From positions 138,369 to 202,368 of the forward strand of contig JAZKBV010000001.1 of assembly GCA_040388415.1 (NCBI GenBank): a stretch of 64,000 nt of DNA, written 5' to 3'. The notes under the pieces were generated by a model that did not search any database, was not told the DNA's origin, and saw only the letters and a list, made by a program, of their open reading frames with translations. Positions within the stretch are counted from its first letter, which is position 1. The number at the start of each line of letters is the position of its first letter. Below are positions 43,706 to 52,573 of the stretch, one piece after another. The translations under genes and the position numbers were made by a program. This DNA is from Patescibacteria group bacterium. GTDB taxonomy: Bacteria; Patescibacteriota; Minisyncoccia; Phycocordibacterales; PALSA-1337.

Positions 43706-44848
43706 ATGAAAAGTCAAGTGTCTCGCACAGCAAAAAAAGTCTTCGTCGGCATGTCAGGCGGCGTCGATAGCTCAGTTTCAGCTGCTTTACTCAAACAAGC
43801 CGGCCATGATGTCACGGGCGTCTTTATCAAGGTCTGGCAACCTGACTGGATAGAGTGTACCTGGCGCGATGAGCGTCGTGAGGCTATGCGCGCAGCAGCA
43901 CACCTCGGTATACCATTTGTCACGCTCGATCTTGAAAAAGAATACAAGGAAGGTGTGATCGACTATATGATCGCTGAGTACTCGGCTGGGCGCACGCCGA
44001 ACCCTGACGTCATGTGTAACCGCGAAGTAAAGTTCGGGGCATTTTGGCGTTGGGCGAAGGAGCAGGGGGCAGAGTTTGTAGCGACGGGACATTATGCGAG
44101 AGTACAGAAGAATGAAGAAAGGAGAAGGGAGAAGGGAGAGTCAGGAATTTTCAAAATGCTTGCCGGCACTGACAAAAATAAAGACCAGTCATATTTCCTG
44201 TGGACACTGAATCAAGATGATCTGAAGCACGTTCTTTTTCCTGTCGGCCATTTGGAAAAGCCTGCGGTGCGCACTCTGGCAAAGAAGTTCAAGTTGCCGA
44301 ATGCGGAGAAGAAAGACAGCCAAGGCTTGTGCTTTATTGGCAAAATCGATGTGAAGGATTTTCTCGCGCATTATATCAAGACAGAAACGGGGGATGTGTT
44401 AAATGAAAAAGAAGAAGTCATTGGCTCACATAATGGCGCTTTGCTTATCACCATCGGCGAGCGTCACGGCTTTACTATCGATGCAAAGCATAAGACACCG
44501 CATGATGAGAGGTATTATGTTGTCTCGAAAGATGTTAAGGCTAATACGATTACAGTAAGCAAAAAGGGAAATGATCAATTACCAATAACCAATGATCAAA
44601 AAGGGCTACAACAAGTGATTATTAACAAGGTTAATTGGACGAGTTCAATTCCTGTCGGGGGCACCTTACTGCAAGCACGTACGCGATATCGCCAGCCATT
44701 GCAAGATATTGAAATAATCTCAGTTGACAAAGATTCTGCTGTTGTCGAATTTAAAATGCATCAAGATACTATAACTCCTGGGCAGTCCTTGGTTGTGTAT
44801 AAAGGGGAGGAATGCGTAGGGGGTGGCGTTATATCTGATATGGTATAA
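43706..44848 (+). CDS. mnmA: tRNA-specific 2-thiouridylase MnmA
   Basis: PP-loop 'VGMSGGVDSSVSA', and 'GRTPNPDVMCNREVKFGAF'. Confidence 0.9.
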   Translation: MKSQVSRTAKKVFVGMSGGVDSSVSAALLKQAGHDVTGVFIKVWQPDWIECTWRDERREAMRAAAHLGIPFVTLDLEKEYKEGVIDYMIAEYSAGRTPNPDVMCNREVKFGAFWRWAKEQGAEFVATGHYARVQKNEERRREKGESGIFKMLAGTDKNKDQSYFLWTLNQDDLKHVLFPVGHLEKPAVRTLAKKFKLPNAEKKDSQGLCFIGKIDVKDFLAHYIKTETGDVLNEKEEVIGSHNGALLITIGERHGFTIDAKHKTPHDERYYVVSKDVKANTITVSKKGNDQLPITNDQKGLQQVIINKVNWTSSIPVGGTLLQARTRYRQPLQDIEIISVDKDSAVVEFKMHQDTITPGQSLVVYKGEECVGGGVISDMV

Positions 44849-44855
44849 TTTATCT

Positions 44856-45500
44856 ATGAATAAAGTTACGTGCGCTCTCGGCAGAGGATTCACGCTTATC
44901 GAATTACTTGTTGTAGTTTCTATAATTTCTCTTTTATCATCTCTTGTTCTGTCTGCATTATCGAGCGCTCGACTCAAAGCGTATGATGGACGCAAGATAG
45001 CCGACTTTCGGAGCATTTCGACGGCTCTCACTCTATTTCATGAACAGTTTAATAGGTATCCTTATAATTATTTGAAATGGGACCATATAAGCGGTCATTA
45101 TGGCGCATATGATCCAACACCGGACAATATTAACAGCGATTCGGGTGCATGTGATGCACCAGCCCCAGGAGCTCCAGGGGCAGACCCATCACAAGGTGCA
45201 GTTAATAATCTCGAACCGAATAGTGCTTCCCAAGCATACAATGCCAGCATGAAAGAACTTGTGGATGCGGGGTTTCTCGGTGCGATCCCTCATAGTATTC
45301 CAGGTTCTTCGGGCTACTGCTATTACAATTGGTCTGCAGATTATCCTACTCAAACTCAAGGTGCAGTATTGATGACCACGCTTCAAACGGGCGCGCCAAC
45401 ACAAACTGGTCCATATAATTCATGTCGTTTTAGCGGGGTAGGGTGGTGTAGTCCAGATTCAGCATCACGCGCGTATTGTTTGTGCCACTCGCCACAATAG
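44856..45500 (+). CDS. type IV pilin / pseudopilin (prepilin-type N-terminal cleavage/methylation domain)
   Basis: 'GRGFTLIELLVVVSIISLLSSLVLSAL' is a class III signal peptide with G|FTLIE. The start was moved to ATG 44856 to avoid the overlap with mnmA. Confidence 0.8.
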   Translation: MNKVTCALGRGFTLIELLVVVSIISLLSSLVLSALSSARLKAYDGRKIADFRSISTALTLFHEQFNRYPYNYLKWDHISGHYGAYDPTPDNINSDSGACDAPAPGAPGADPSQGAVNNLEPNSASQAYNASMKELVDAGFLGAIPHSIPGSSGYCYYNWSADYPTQTQGAVLMTTLQTGAPTQTGPYNSCRFSGVGWCSPDSASRAYCLCHSPQ

Positions 45501-45534
45501 CTCTCATTTGTATTTCAAATGGTATACTAGTGCC

Positions 45535-46380
45535 ATGAACCACCTGATCTCCATCACAAAATCCGACGGTACGCGCCAGCTTTTCGAAGAAGAAAAGCTC
45601 AAGAGCTCGCTCAAGCGCGTTGGTGCGTCAGATGAAGTGATCGAGGAAATTCTTGAGGAAATAGGAAAGACGATGCACGACGGTATGACAACCAACGAAA
45701 TCTACGGTCATGCATTCGTCTTGCTCAAAAAACATTCACATCATGTTGCTGTGAAGTATTCTATTCGCCGTGCGCTCATCGAGCTCGGTCCTGATGGTTT
45801 TCCTTTTGAAAAGTTTGTCTCGCGTGTGTTTCAGTCATGGGGCTATCAAACGGTTACTGATCAGACGGTCCTTGGTAAATGTATTTCTCATGAAGTAGAC
45901 GTCGTCGGCTGGAACAAAGAGAAACTCGTTATGGCAGAAGCAAAATTTCACAATGAGTTCGGATTGCGGTCGGATTCAAAAGTTGCTCTCTATATCAATG
46001 CACGCCGTGAAGACCTCGCCGAAACATTTTTTGATTATGGTGGTATCAAGAGGAAGATCAGCGAGTTTTGGTTGGTCACCAATACCAAGTTTACCGATCA
46101 GGCTATCATCTATGGCGAGTGCAATCATCTTCACATGCTCGGCTGGAACTATCCGAAGGTAGGCGGTCTCCATGAGATCATTGAAAAAAACTCTTTGCAG
46201 CCAGTGACATGTATCACTGCGCTCAGTCACCAGCAGAAAAAAGATCTCGTGGGCAGAAATATCGTGACATGTTCTGACCTCATCCGTCAGCCACAAATAC
46301 TCGAATCGATTGGTGTCAAAGCGGTTGATGCTGAAAAGATAGTGAATGAGGCGAAACTGATCATCAAGGTGGCGAAGTAG
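45535..46380 (+). CDS. ATP-cone domain protein fused to Mrr-like restriction-endonuclease (PD-(D/E)xK) domain
   Basis: N-terminal 'ISITKSDGTRQLFEEEKLKSSLKRVGASDEVIEEILEEI' is an ATP-cone-like region. The central 'HEVDVVGW...MAEAKF' resembles the Mrr_cat catalytic pattern. Confidence 0.6.
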   Translation: MNHLISITKSDGTRQLFEEEKLKSSLKRVGASDEVIEEILEEIGKTMHDGMTTNEIYGHAFVLLKKHSHHVAVKYSIRRALIELGPDGFPFEKFVSRVFQSWGYQTVTDQTVLGKCISHEVDVVGWNKEKLVMAEAKFHNEFGLRSDSKVALYINARREDLAETFFDYGGIKRKISEFWLVTNTKFTDQAIIYGECNHLHMLGWNYPKVGGLHEIIEKNSLQPVTCITALSHQQKKDLVGRNIVTCSDLIRQPQILESIGVKAVDAEKIVNEAKLIIKVAK

Positions 46381-46405
46381 AGATTGTTAGCGGTACAATA
46401 ACGCC

Positions 46406-47002
46406 ATGACTAAAACCGACCTCATGAAAGCGATAAGAGATGAGATCCTTGTCCTCAAGGAGTCTCCACTCTATGAGTATCGAACTGGTAAGGGATATTT
46501 TCCGGTCATTGGCGAGGGAAGCCATGATGCGACAATCATGTTCGTTGGTGAAGCTCCTGGTCAAAATGAAGCAAAGACAGGCAGGCCGTTCTGCGGCGCA
46601 GCAGGTAAAGTGTTGGATGAATTGCTGACGCATGTCGGCATCGATCGAAAATCTATTTACATAACTAATATCGTCAAAGATCGTCCACCGGAGAACCGCG
46701 ATCCGACGCCAAGAGAGATCGAAGTCTATGGACCATTTCTCGATAGACAGATAGAGATCATCAAACCACGCGTTATCGTCGCCCTCGGCCGGTATGCCAT
46801 GGGGTATATTATGAAAAGATTTGACCTTGACGCGCAACTAGAATCGATCGGCAAGGCTCATGGCAAAGCATATGTCACCAAAACATCATATGGAAACCTC
46901 GACATCGTTACCCTGTACCATCCCTGCGTAGCCGTGTATAATCCCAACAATCTTCCCAATTTAAAAAAGGATATGGAGATATTAAAGAAGTACCGAGATT
47001 AA
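46406..47002 (+). CDS. uracil-DNA glycosylase, family 4
   Basis: 'FVGEAPGQNEAKTGRPFCGAAGKVLDELL' is the family-4 UDG motif. Confidence 0.85.
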   Translation: MTKTDLMKAIRDEILVLKESPLYEYRTGKGYFPVIGEGSHDATIMFVGEAPGQNEAKTGRPFCGAAGKVLDELLTHVGIDRKSIYITNIVKDRPPENRDPTPREIEVYGPFLDRQIEIIKPRVIVALGRYAMGYIMKRFDLDAQLESIGKAHGKAYVTKTSYGNLDIVTLYHPCVAVYNPNNLPNLKKDMEILKKYRD

Positions 47003-47006
47003 ATAT

Positions 47007-48824
47007 TTGAATATGAAAAAAATACCCAAAAATAATAAAAAAGCTGAATCTAGAATCTGGAATCTTGGTTTGCTGTATTCTTCAGCAACTGATCCTCAGA
47101 TAGAAAAAGATGTTGTTGCCTTTGAGGGTATAGTTGAATCATTTGCTCAGCAATTTGAACCAAAAGAAGGGAGCGTGAAATCTTTTTTAAGTGATAACTC
47201 AACTCTACTCGAAGCGCTGAAACAATACGAAAAAATTGCAGCCAATTCCGCTATACGTGCGATGCGTTATTTTCATTTCATTAAAGATACTAACGCAAGC
47301 AGTACATTCGCATCCGCGCAATATGATTTGCTTGAAAATCGTTTAACAAGTGCTTCTAATAAGATTACTTTTTTTGGAGTATTACTCGGTAAAGTATCAA
47401 ATAGCAGACAAAAAGAAATACTTTCAAATGATGTATTTTCTCACTTTAAAGTTTTTCTCGAAAGATTGTTCGATGATGCAAAACATACTCTGACAGTCTC
47501 GGAAGAAAAAATCCTTAATCTTAAATCATTGCCAGGGCACAGTATGTGGGTCTCAGCAACTAGCCGTATTCTGAATGTTAAAAGTGTTAAATGGCAAAAT
47601 AAGGAACTACCACTTGCTGCTGCCATGCAGAAAATAGCTACTTTACCTACGACCTCGCAAAGGAAAAAATTGGCCGGTTTGGTGAATGAAGCATGGAAGA
47701 CAGTTGCACCTGTCGCAGAGGCTGAGATCAATGCTATTTTTACTAACAAAAAAATTGACGATGAGCTCCGTGGATTTCCTGAACCATATTCGGGAACAGT
47801 GCTTAGTTATCGCAATGATCCAAAAGTCGTCGATCAATTAAGAAAAGTTGTGACTGATCATGTTCATATTTCTCATGATTTTCATAGACTTAAAGCGCGC
47901 TTATTGAAGCAAAAGAAGCTCGGCTACTATGATCGTGCCGCAAAAATCGGGGCAACCAAGTCGACGTATCCATTTGATGAAACAATATCAAAACTTAAAA
48001 ATATTTTTGGTAAGCTTAATCCAAAATTCAGTGACATCCTCGATAGTTACATTAAGAATGGTCAGATGGACGTCTTCCCTCGAGCTGGAAAACGTAGTGG
48101 TGCTTACTGTGCAAGTGCATTTGGTAATCCTACTTTTGTTCTGCTCAATCATACAGACAACTTGTACTCGTTCATGACCTGCGCGCATGAGCTCGGCCAT
48201 GCGATACATGGTGAACTATCTGAAGGTCAAGGTGCATTGTATTGCGATTATTCATATTCAACAGCCGAGACCGCGAGCACACTTTTTGAAGCTATTGGCT
48301 TTGAGGGTATCTATGATTCGCTATCAGATAAGGAAAAGATTATCGCACTGCACGATCGCATAAATGATGACGTTGCAACAATATTTCGTCAAATCGCAGG
48401 ATTTAATTTTGAGTTAGAGCTTCACAAGACAATACGTGCAAAAGGGTATATCTCAAAAGAGGAAATCGTCGATATTCATAACAAGAATATGTCTGCCTAT
48501 TTGGGTCCAGTATTTGATCTTACAAAAGATGATGGATATTTCTTTGTCACGTGGGAGCATATTCGCTATTTCTTCTATATGTATACCTATGCCTATGGGA
48601 CGCTCGTATCCAAGGCGCTCTTACGCAAATATCGCAAGGATCCGAGCTTCTGGAAAAATATAGAGAAATTCCTTTTGGCTGGAGGTAAAGATTCACCAGA
48701 AAATATATTTAAGGAGATCGGCATCGATGTTTCTTCTCCTGAATTCTTCAAAGAAGGTCTCATGGAAATCGCTGATGATATCAAAGAGCTCGATCGTTTG
48801 ACGAAGAAACATGTCCGCGCTTAA
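47007..48824 (+). CDS. pepF: M3-family oligoendopeptidase F
   Basis: 605 aa. Zinc motif 'HELGHAIHG' with a downstream Glu. The overall length and pattern match PepF. Confidence 0.8.
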   Translation: MNMKKIPKNNKKAESRIWNLGLLYSSATDPQIEKDVVAFEGIVESFAQQFEPKEGSVKSFLSDNSTLLEALKQYEKIAANSAIRAMRYFHFIKDTNASSTFASAQYDLLENRLTSASNKITFFGVLLGKVSNSRQKEILSNDVFSHFKVFLERLFDDAKHTLTVSEEKILNLKSLPGHSMWVSATSRILNVKSVKWQNKELPLAAAMQKIATLPTTSQRKKLAGLVNEAWKTVAPVAEAEINAIFTNKKIDDELRGFPEPYSGTVLSYRNDPKVVDQLRKVVTDHVHISHDFHRLKARLLKQKKLGYYDRAAKIGATKSTYPFDETISKLKNIFGKLNPKFSDILDSYIKNGQMDVFPRAGKRSGAYCASAFGNPTFVLLNHTDNLYSFMTCAHELGHAIHGELSEGQGALYCDYSYSTAETASTLFEAIGFEGIYDSLSDKEKIIALHDRINDDVATIFRQIAGFNFELELHKTIRAKGYISKEEIVDIHNKNMSAYLGPVFDLTKDDGYFFVTWEHIRYFFYMYTYAYGTLVSKALLRKYRKDPSFWKNIEKFLLAGGKDSPENIFKEIGIDVSSPEFFKEGLMEIADDIKELDRLTKKHVRA

Positions 48825-48862
48825 AGGACGTTGCGCAGACATGATTCCACAGAATCAAAAAT
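48825..48862. repeat. 35-nt conserved intergenic element (copy 2)
   Basis: 'AAAGGACGTTGCGCAGACATGATTCCACAGAATCAAAAA'. Compare 10613-10654. Confidence 0.5.
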
Positions 48863-48888
48863 GACAGCCTCTTGTATGTGAGGCTGTC
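48863..48888. terminator. terminator hairpin between convergent genes
   Basis: 'GACAGCCTcttgtatgtgAGGCTGTC' with an A tract on the plus side. It overlaps the stop of the minus-strand gene. Confidence 0.55.
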
Positions 48889-49318
48889 AGTGGGCTAGCT
48901 TAAGACGTCTAGTTTCTTTTCGGTAAATGATGAAGAGGGTATTTTTGAGATCACGGAGCTTCAAGCTGGGGTAAGCAACAACGACATGGATATCTCTGCC
49001 ATTCTCAGTGATGAATTGTTCAGCTGCTTTCGGTGAGCTTTTGACTTGAATGGGGATCGAAAACTCGGTGATTAACCAATTTTCCGTTCTTGCTGTTGCC
49101 CGTATTCTGAAGTCGATTTTCTTGAGGAGATCCTCTTGGGCAGTTGCCCGCGAGATGCCGTGAGCCCACCTGAGCATGTAGTTCTCAATGAGATATCGCA
49201 TCTTTGCTTCAAAGATGACCTCAGACTCATCGCCCCGCTTTTCACCTTGATTCTGTTCTTTACCGATAAACCAGTTTTTAACGTCTTCCGCATGCTGTCG
49301 CTCTGCAGCTTTTGACAT
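48887..49318 (-). CDS. hypothetical protein
   Basis: 143 aa. No family recognised. Confidence 0.45.
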   Translation of the reverse strand: MSKAAERQHAEDVKNWFIGKEQNQGEKRGDESEVIFEAKMRYLIENYMLRWAHGISRATAQEDLLKKIDFRIRATARTENWLITEFSIPIQVKSSPKAAEQFITENGRDIHVVVAYPSLKLRDLKNTLFIIYRKETRRLKLAH

Positions 49319-49435
49319 AGGGAATCCTTTCAGTTGTTCAAAATAAATATAGATTACTTTTTATATTTTGTCAAACTTCATTTTTTGAGTGAAAATCATT
49401 TTGAAAAAACGGCATATTTTGCTACACTTGCACAC

Positions 49436-51352
49436 ATGCAAAAGAGTTTAACCTCATCAGAAATTCGCTCGCGATTCCTCGCTTTCTTTGAAAAGCGCGG
49501 ACATACTATCATCCCATCCGCATCTCTTGTGACGAGTGATGAGAAAGGCGTGACCAATCCGACCCTCTTCAACACAGCAGGTATGCAACCGCTCATACCG
49601 TATCTCTTGGGTGAGCCGTATATGAAAGACGGCAAGACAGTCATTCGACTTGTTGATGCCCAAAAATGCGTACGCACCGTCGACATCGACGATATTGGCG
49701 ACAAAACACATGCGACATTTTTTGAAATGCTCGGTAACTGGTCTCTCGGTGATTATTTTAAGAAAGAAGCGATTGAGTGGAGCTTTGAATTTTTGACGAA
49801 CCCTATCGATGCTCCTATTGGTGATCAAGGTCTCGGTCTTGATCCGAATCGACTTTATGTATCAGTTTTTGAAGGAGATGCTGTGGCGCCACGCGATGAA
49901 GAAGCTGCAAATATTTGGCGCGATATTTTCAAGAAAAATAGAATCGATGGTGGTGGCGATACGTCTGCTGGTGAAGCGGGTCGTATATTTTATTTACCCG
50001 CCAAAAACAACTGGTGGGAAGCAGGTGAGAATGGTCCCTGTGGTCCAGATACAGAGATGTTCTATGACGTTGAGAATAAATTTAGTGGCAAACTTTTGAC
50101 TCATGTTGAATATGTCGCTGCGGATGATGTCCGCGATGTTCTCGAAGTGTGGAATGACGTTTTCATGCAGTATGAGAAGAAAGATGGAAAGATTATCGGC
50201 AAATTGCCAAAGCCTTCTGTTGATACTGGTGCTGGCCTCGAGCGTCTCACAATGACATTACAGGGAGTCGACAATATCTATGATACGGATCTATTGAAAC
50301 CAGTGATGGATAAGATACAAGAGCTTTCGAAGAATTGGGAAATTAAATCAGCGCGAATTGTGGCTGATCATATCAAGGCGGCAGTTCACCTAATTGCGGA
50401 TGGGGTTGTTCCATCAAATACAGATAGAGGATATGTTCTGCGCAAGCTTATTCGTAGAGCGGTCAGGCATTCAGATATTTTGAAGATGAACGGAAACTTG
50501 ATTGAGATTGCTCAATTGATTCAAGTGCAGTATTCAGAGATATATATAAATACTATTAGTACCGACAGTGGTTTGAATATACAGAATGTCATTCAAGCTG
50601 AAGTCGGTAAATTTAACGAAACCCTCAAGCATGGCCTCAAAGAGTTTGAGAAAATAGCCGTGAAAGATATTTCAGCTCACGATGCCTTTTCATTGTTTTC
50701 AAGCTACGGTTTTCCGATCGAGCTTACAGTTGAATTAGCGAAAGAAAAGGGGATTAAAGTTGATACGGAAGGATTTGAAATTGAATTCAAAAAACACCAA
50801 GACCTCTCACGCTCCGGCGCAGAACAGAAATTCAAAGGAGGTCTCGCTGATGCGAATGACCCTATGGTGCTCCGCTATCACACCGCGACGCACTTGCTTC
50901 ATCAAGCTCTTCACGATGTTCTCGGCGAAGGCACGGGCGACCAGAAAGGTTCAAATATCACTGCTGAGCGCCTCCGCTTCGACTTTACTGGCGTAAAGCT
51001 CACTGATGAGCAGAAAAAGAAGGTAGAAGATATCGTCAATGAAAAGATCGTCGCTAAACTACCGATGAGCCAGATCATCATGCCAAAAGCAGAAGCTGAA
51101 CAGACAGGTGCGCGCCATTTTTTCAGCGAAAAGTATGGTGATGAGATCTCTATCTATTTTATCGGTCCAATCGCAGGTTCAACACCAACAAAAACTGATC
51201 TCGCCAATGCGTACTCAAAAGAATTTTGTGGCGGCCCGCATGTGACAAATACTGCTGAGCTCGCAGGTCCAGAAGGTAAGTGGAAGTTCAAAATACAAAA
51301 AGAAGAAGCAAGCTCGCAAGGTGTACGACGTATCAAGGCAGTACTCGCATAG
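49436..51352 (+). CDS. alaS: alanine--tRNA ligase, short form lacking C-Ala domain
   Basis: 'FNTAGMQPL', 'FFEMLGNWSLGDYFK', editing-domain 'HTATHLLHQALHDVLG', and 'CGGPHV'. The start was moved to MQKSLTSSEIR. The protein ends about 40 aa after the editing zinc site. Confidence 0.9.
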   Translation: MQKSLTSSEIRSRFLAFFEKRGHTIIPSASLVTSDEKGVTNPTLFNTAGMQPLIPYLLGEPYMKDGKTVIRLVDAQKCVRTVDIDDIGDKTHATFFEMLGNWSLGDYFKKEAIEWSFEFLTNPIDAPIGDQGLGLDPNRLYVSVFEGDAVAPRDEEAANIWRDIFKKNRIDGGGDTSAGEAGRIFYLPAKNNWWEAGENGPCGPDTEMFYDVENKFSGKLLTHVEYVAADDVRDVLEVWNDVFMQYEKKDGKIIGKLPKPSVDTGAGLERLTMTLQGVDNIYDTDLLKPVMDKIQELSKNWEIKSARIVADHIKAAVHLIADGVVPSNTDRGYVLRKLIRRAVRHSDILKMNGNLIEIAQLIQVQYSEIYINTISTDSGLNIQNVIQAEVGKFNETLKHGLKEFEKIAVKDISAHDAFSLFSSYGFPIELTVELAKEKGIKVDTEGFEIEFKKHQDLSRSGAEQKFKGGLADANDPMVLRYHTATHLLHQALHDVLGEGTGDQKGSNITAERLRFDFTGVKLTDEQKKKVEDIVNEKIVAKLPMSQIIMPKAEAEQTGARHFFSEKYGDEISIYFIGPIAGSTPTKTDLANAYSKEFCGGPHVTNTAELAGPEGKWKFKIQKEEASSQGVRRIKAVLA

Positions 51353-51370
51353 AATCACCTATGATATAAT

Positions 51371-52531
51371 TTGCGGGTGAATCTCTTTTCTCATACATCA
51401 AAGGATCAGCTCAACCTTATCATCGACATTCAAAGCTCAGTCGTACGCGGATCTCTCGTTTTGTTGCGCGCTGGACAGTTGCCGTACATCGTGTGGACTG
51501 AAAGCGTTGATATTACCTACCGCACCAATACCCGTAGCGCATTTCTCGTCGATACAACAGTAAAGGGAGTCAAAATAGTTGCTACATCAGCCCATACCTA
51601 TGTTCGCAATGCTACAGCTCATCCTGGTTTGCCGAGCCATATCTTCAAAGTGCACTGCGTCCTTTCTTCTCCCTGGATCGTTTCGCAAGCGCGCACAATC
51701 AATCAGCAGTTTGAAAGAGAAACCAAGATCACTCGCGCGCATGTCAACGATATCATCAAAGGCGAGCGTGCTGAGCTCGCAAAGCAAAGCGAAGATAGTC
51801 TTATCGGCATTGAGGAAAAGATATTCGATGTGCGCCTCAACGGCTACTCTATCGCGCAATGGGAAGGTGCGCTCAGTCATACTCTCGAAGTCTCTTTTGC
51901 AGTCAGTCTCGCAGGCAAGCATATTATCGAGCGTTTTACCGATGCCAGCAAGCATGCCGGCGTTTCCGGTTCCCATGTAGATTTTCATTCATCACTACTT
52001 TTGCAGCATATTGGGCTGAGCGACCATTTCGCTTCAAGCATACCGCATGTACTCGTTCATGTTCATGGCGAATTGACTGATATTGTCGTTGCATCTGGAC
52101 AGACCTGTATTTTGTTCGGGTCGCACCCGATCGGCGTGCGCAGCATCATCCGCAAACTATCGCATCAGCTCAAGATCACTGACTCGACTGCTGATTCACT
52201 ATTGAAGATGTATGAAGATGGCCATATAGATCCGATACACGGTGCGAGCGATATCGAGATCATTCATAAAATATTGGCTACATGGACTGATAACTGCCAC
52301 AAAGTCACTGATCTTGTGCCAGTGAACCATGTAGCAAATCTTGCAATGATCTCCGCGCGCTTTCATGAAGTAATCTTCAAAAATACATTCGCAGCAGGGT
52401 ATCCTTCGTTCAAGATCGAAACTTTGCCTGAAGAAAATATATTTGCGCTCGCTGCTTTTGATCCGGGTATTGAACGATTGCGCCTCACTGTCCTCTATAC
52501 AGTTGCTATTCACAGCCTCGAAACTCTTTGA
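51371..52531 (+). CDS. hypothetical protein (possibly divergent actin/FtsA/PilM-like fold)
   Basis: 386 aa. Weak resemblance to phosphate-1 ('LIIDIQSS') and phosphate-2 ('VHVHGELTDIVVASG') motifs. Not verified. Confidence 0.4.
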   Translation: MRVNLFSHTSKDQLNLIIDIQSSVVRGSLVLLRAGQLPYIVWTESVDITYRTNTRSAFLVDTTVKGVKIVATSAHTYVRNATAHPGLPSHIFKVHCVLSSPWIVSQARTINQQFERETKITRAHVNDIIKGERAELAKQSEDSLIGIEEKIFDVRLNGYSIAQWEGALSHTLEVSFAVSLAGKHIIERFTDASKHAGVSGSHVDFHSSLLLQHIGLSDHFASSIPHVLVHVHGELTDIVVASGQTCILFGSHPIGVRSIIRKLSHQLKITDSTADSLLKMYEDGHIDPIHGASDIEIIHKILATWTDNCHKVTDLVPVNHVANLAMISARFHEVIFKNTFAAGYPSFKIETLPEENIFALAAFDPGIERLRLTVLYTVAIHSLETL

Positions 52532-52573
52532 TAGAAAGGCGAGTGTGGTATAATCTACCCATACCATCTTTAT

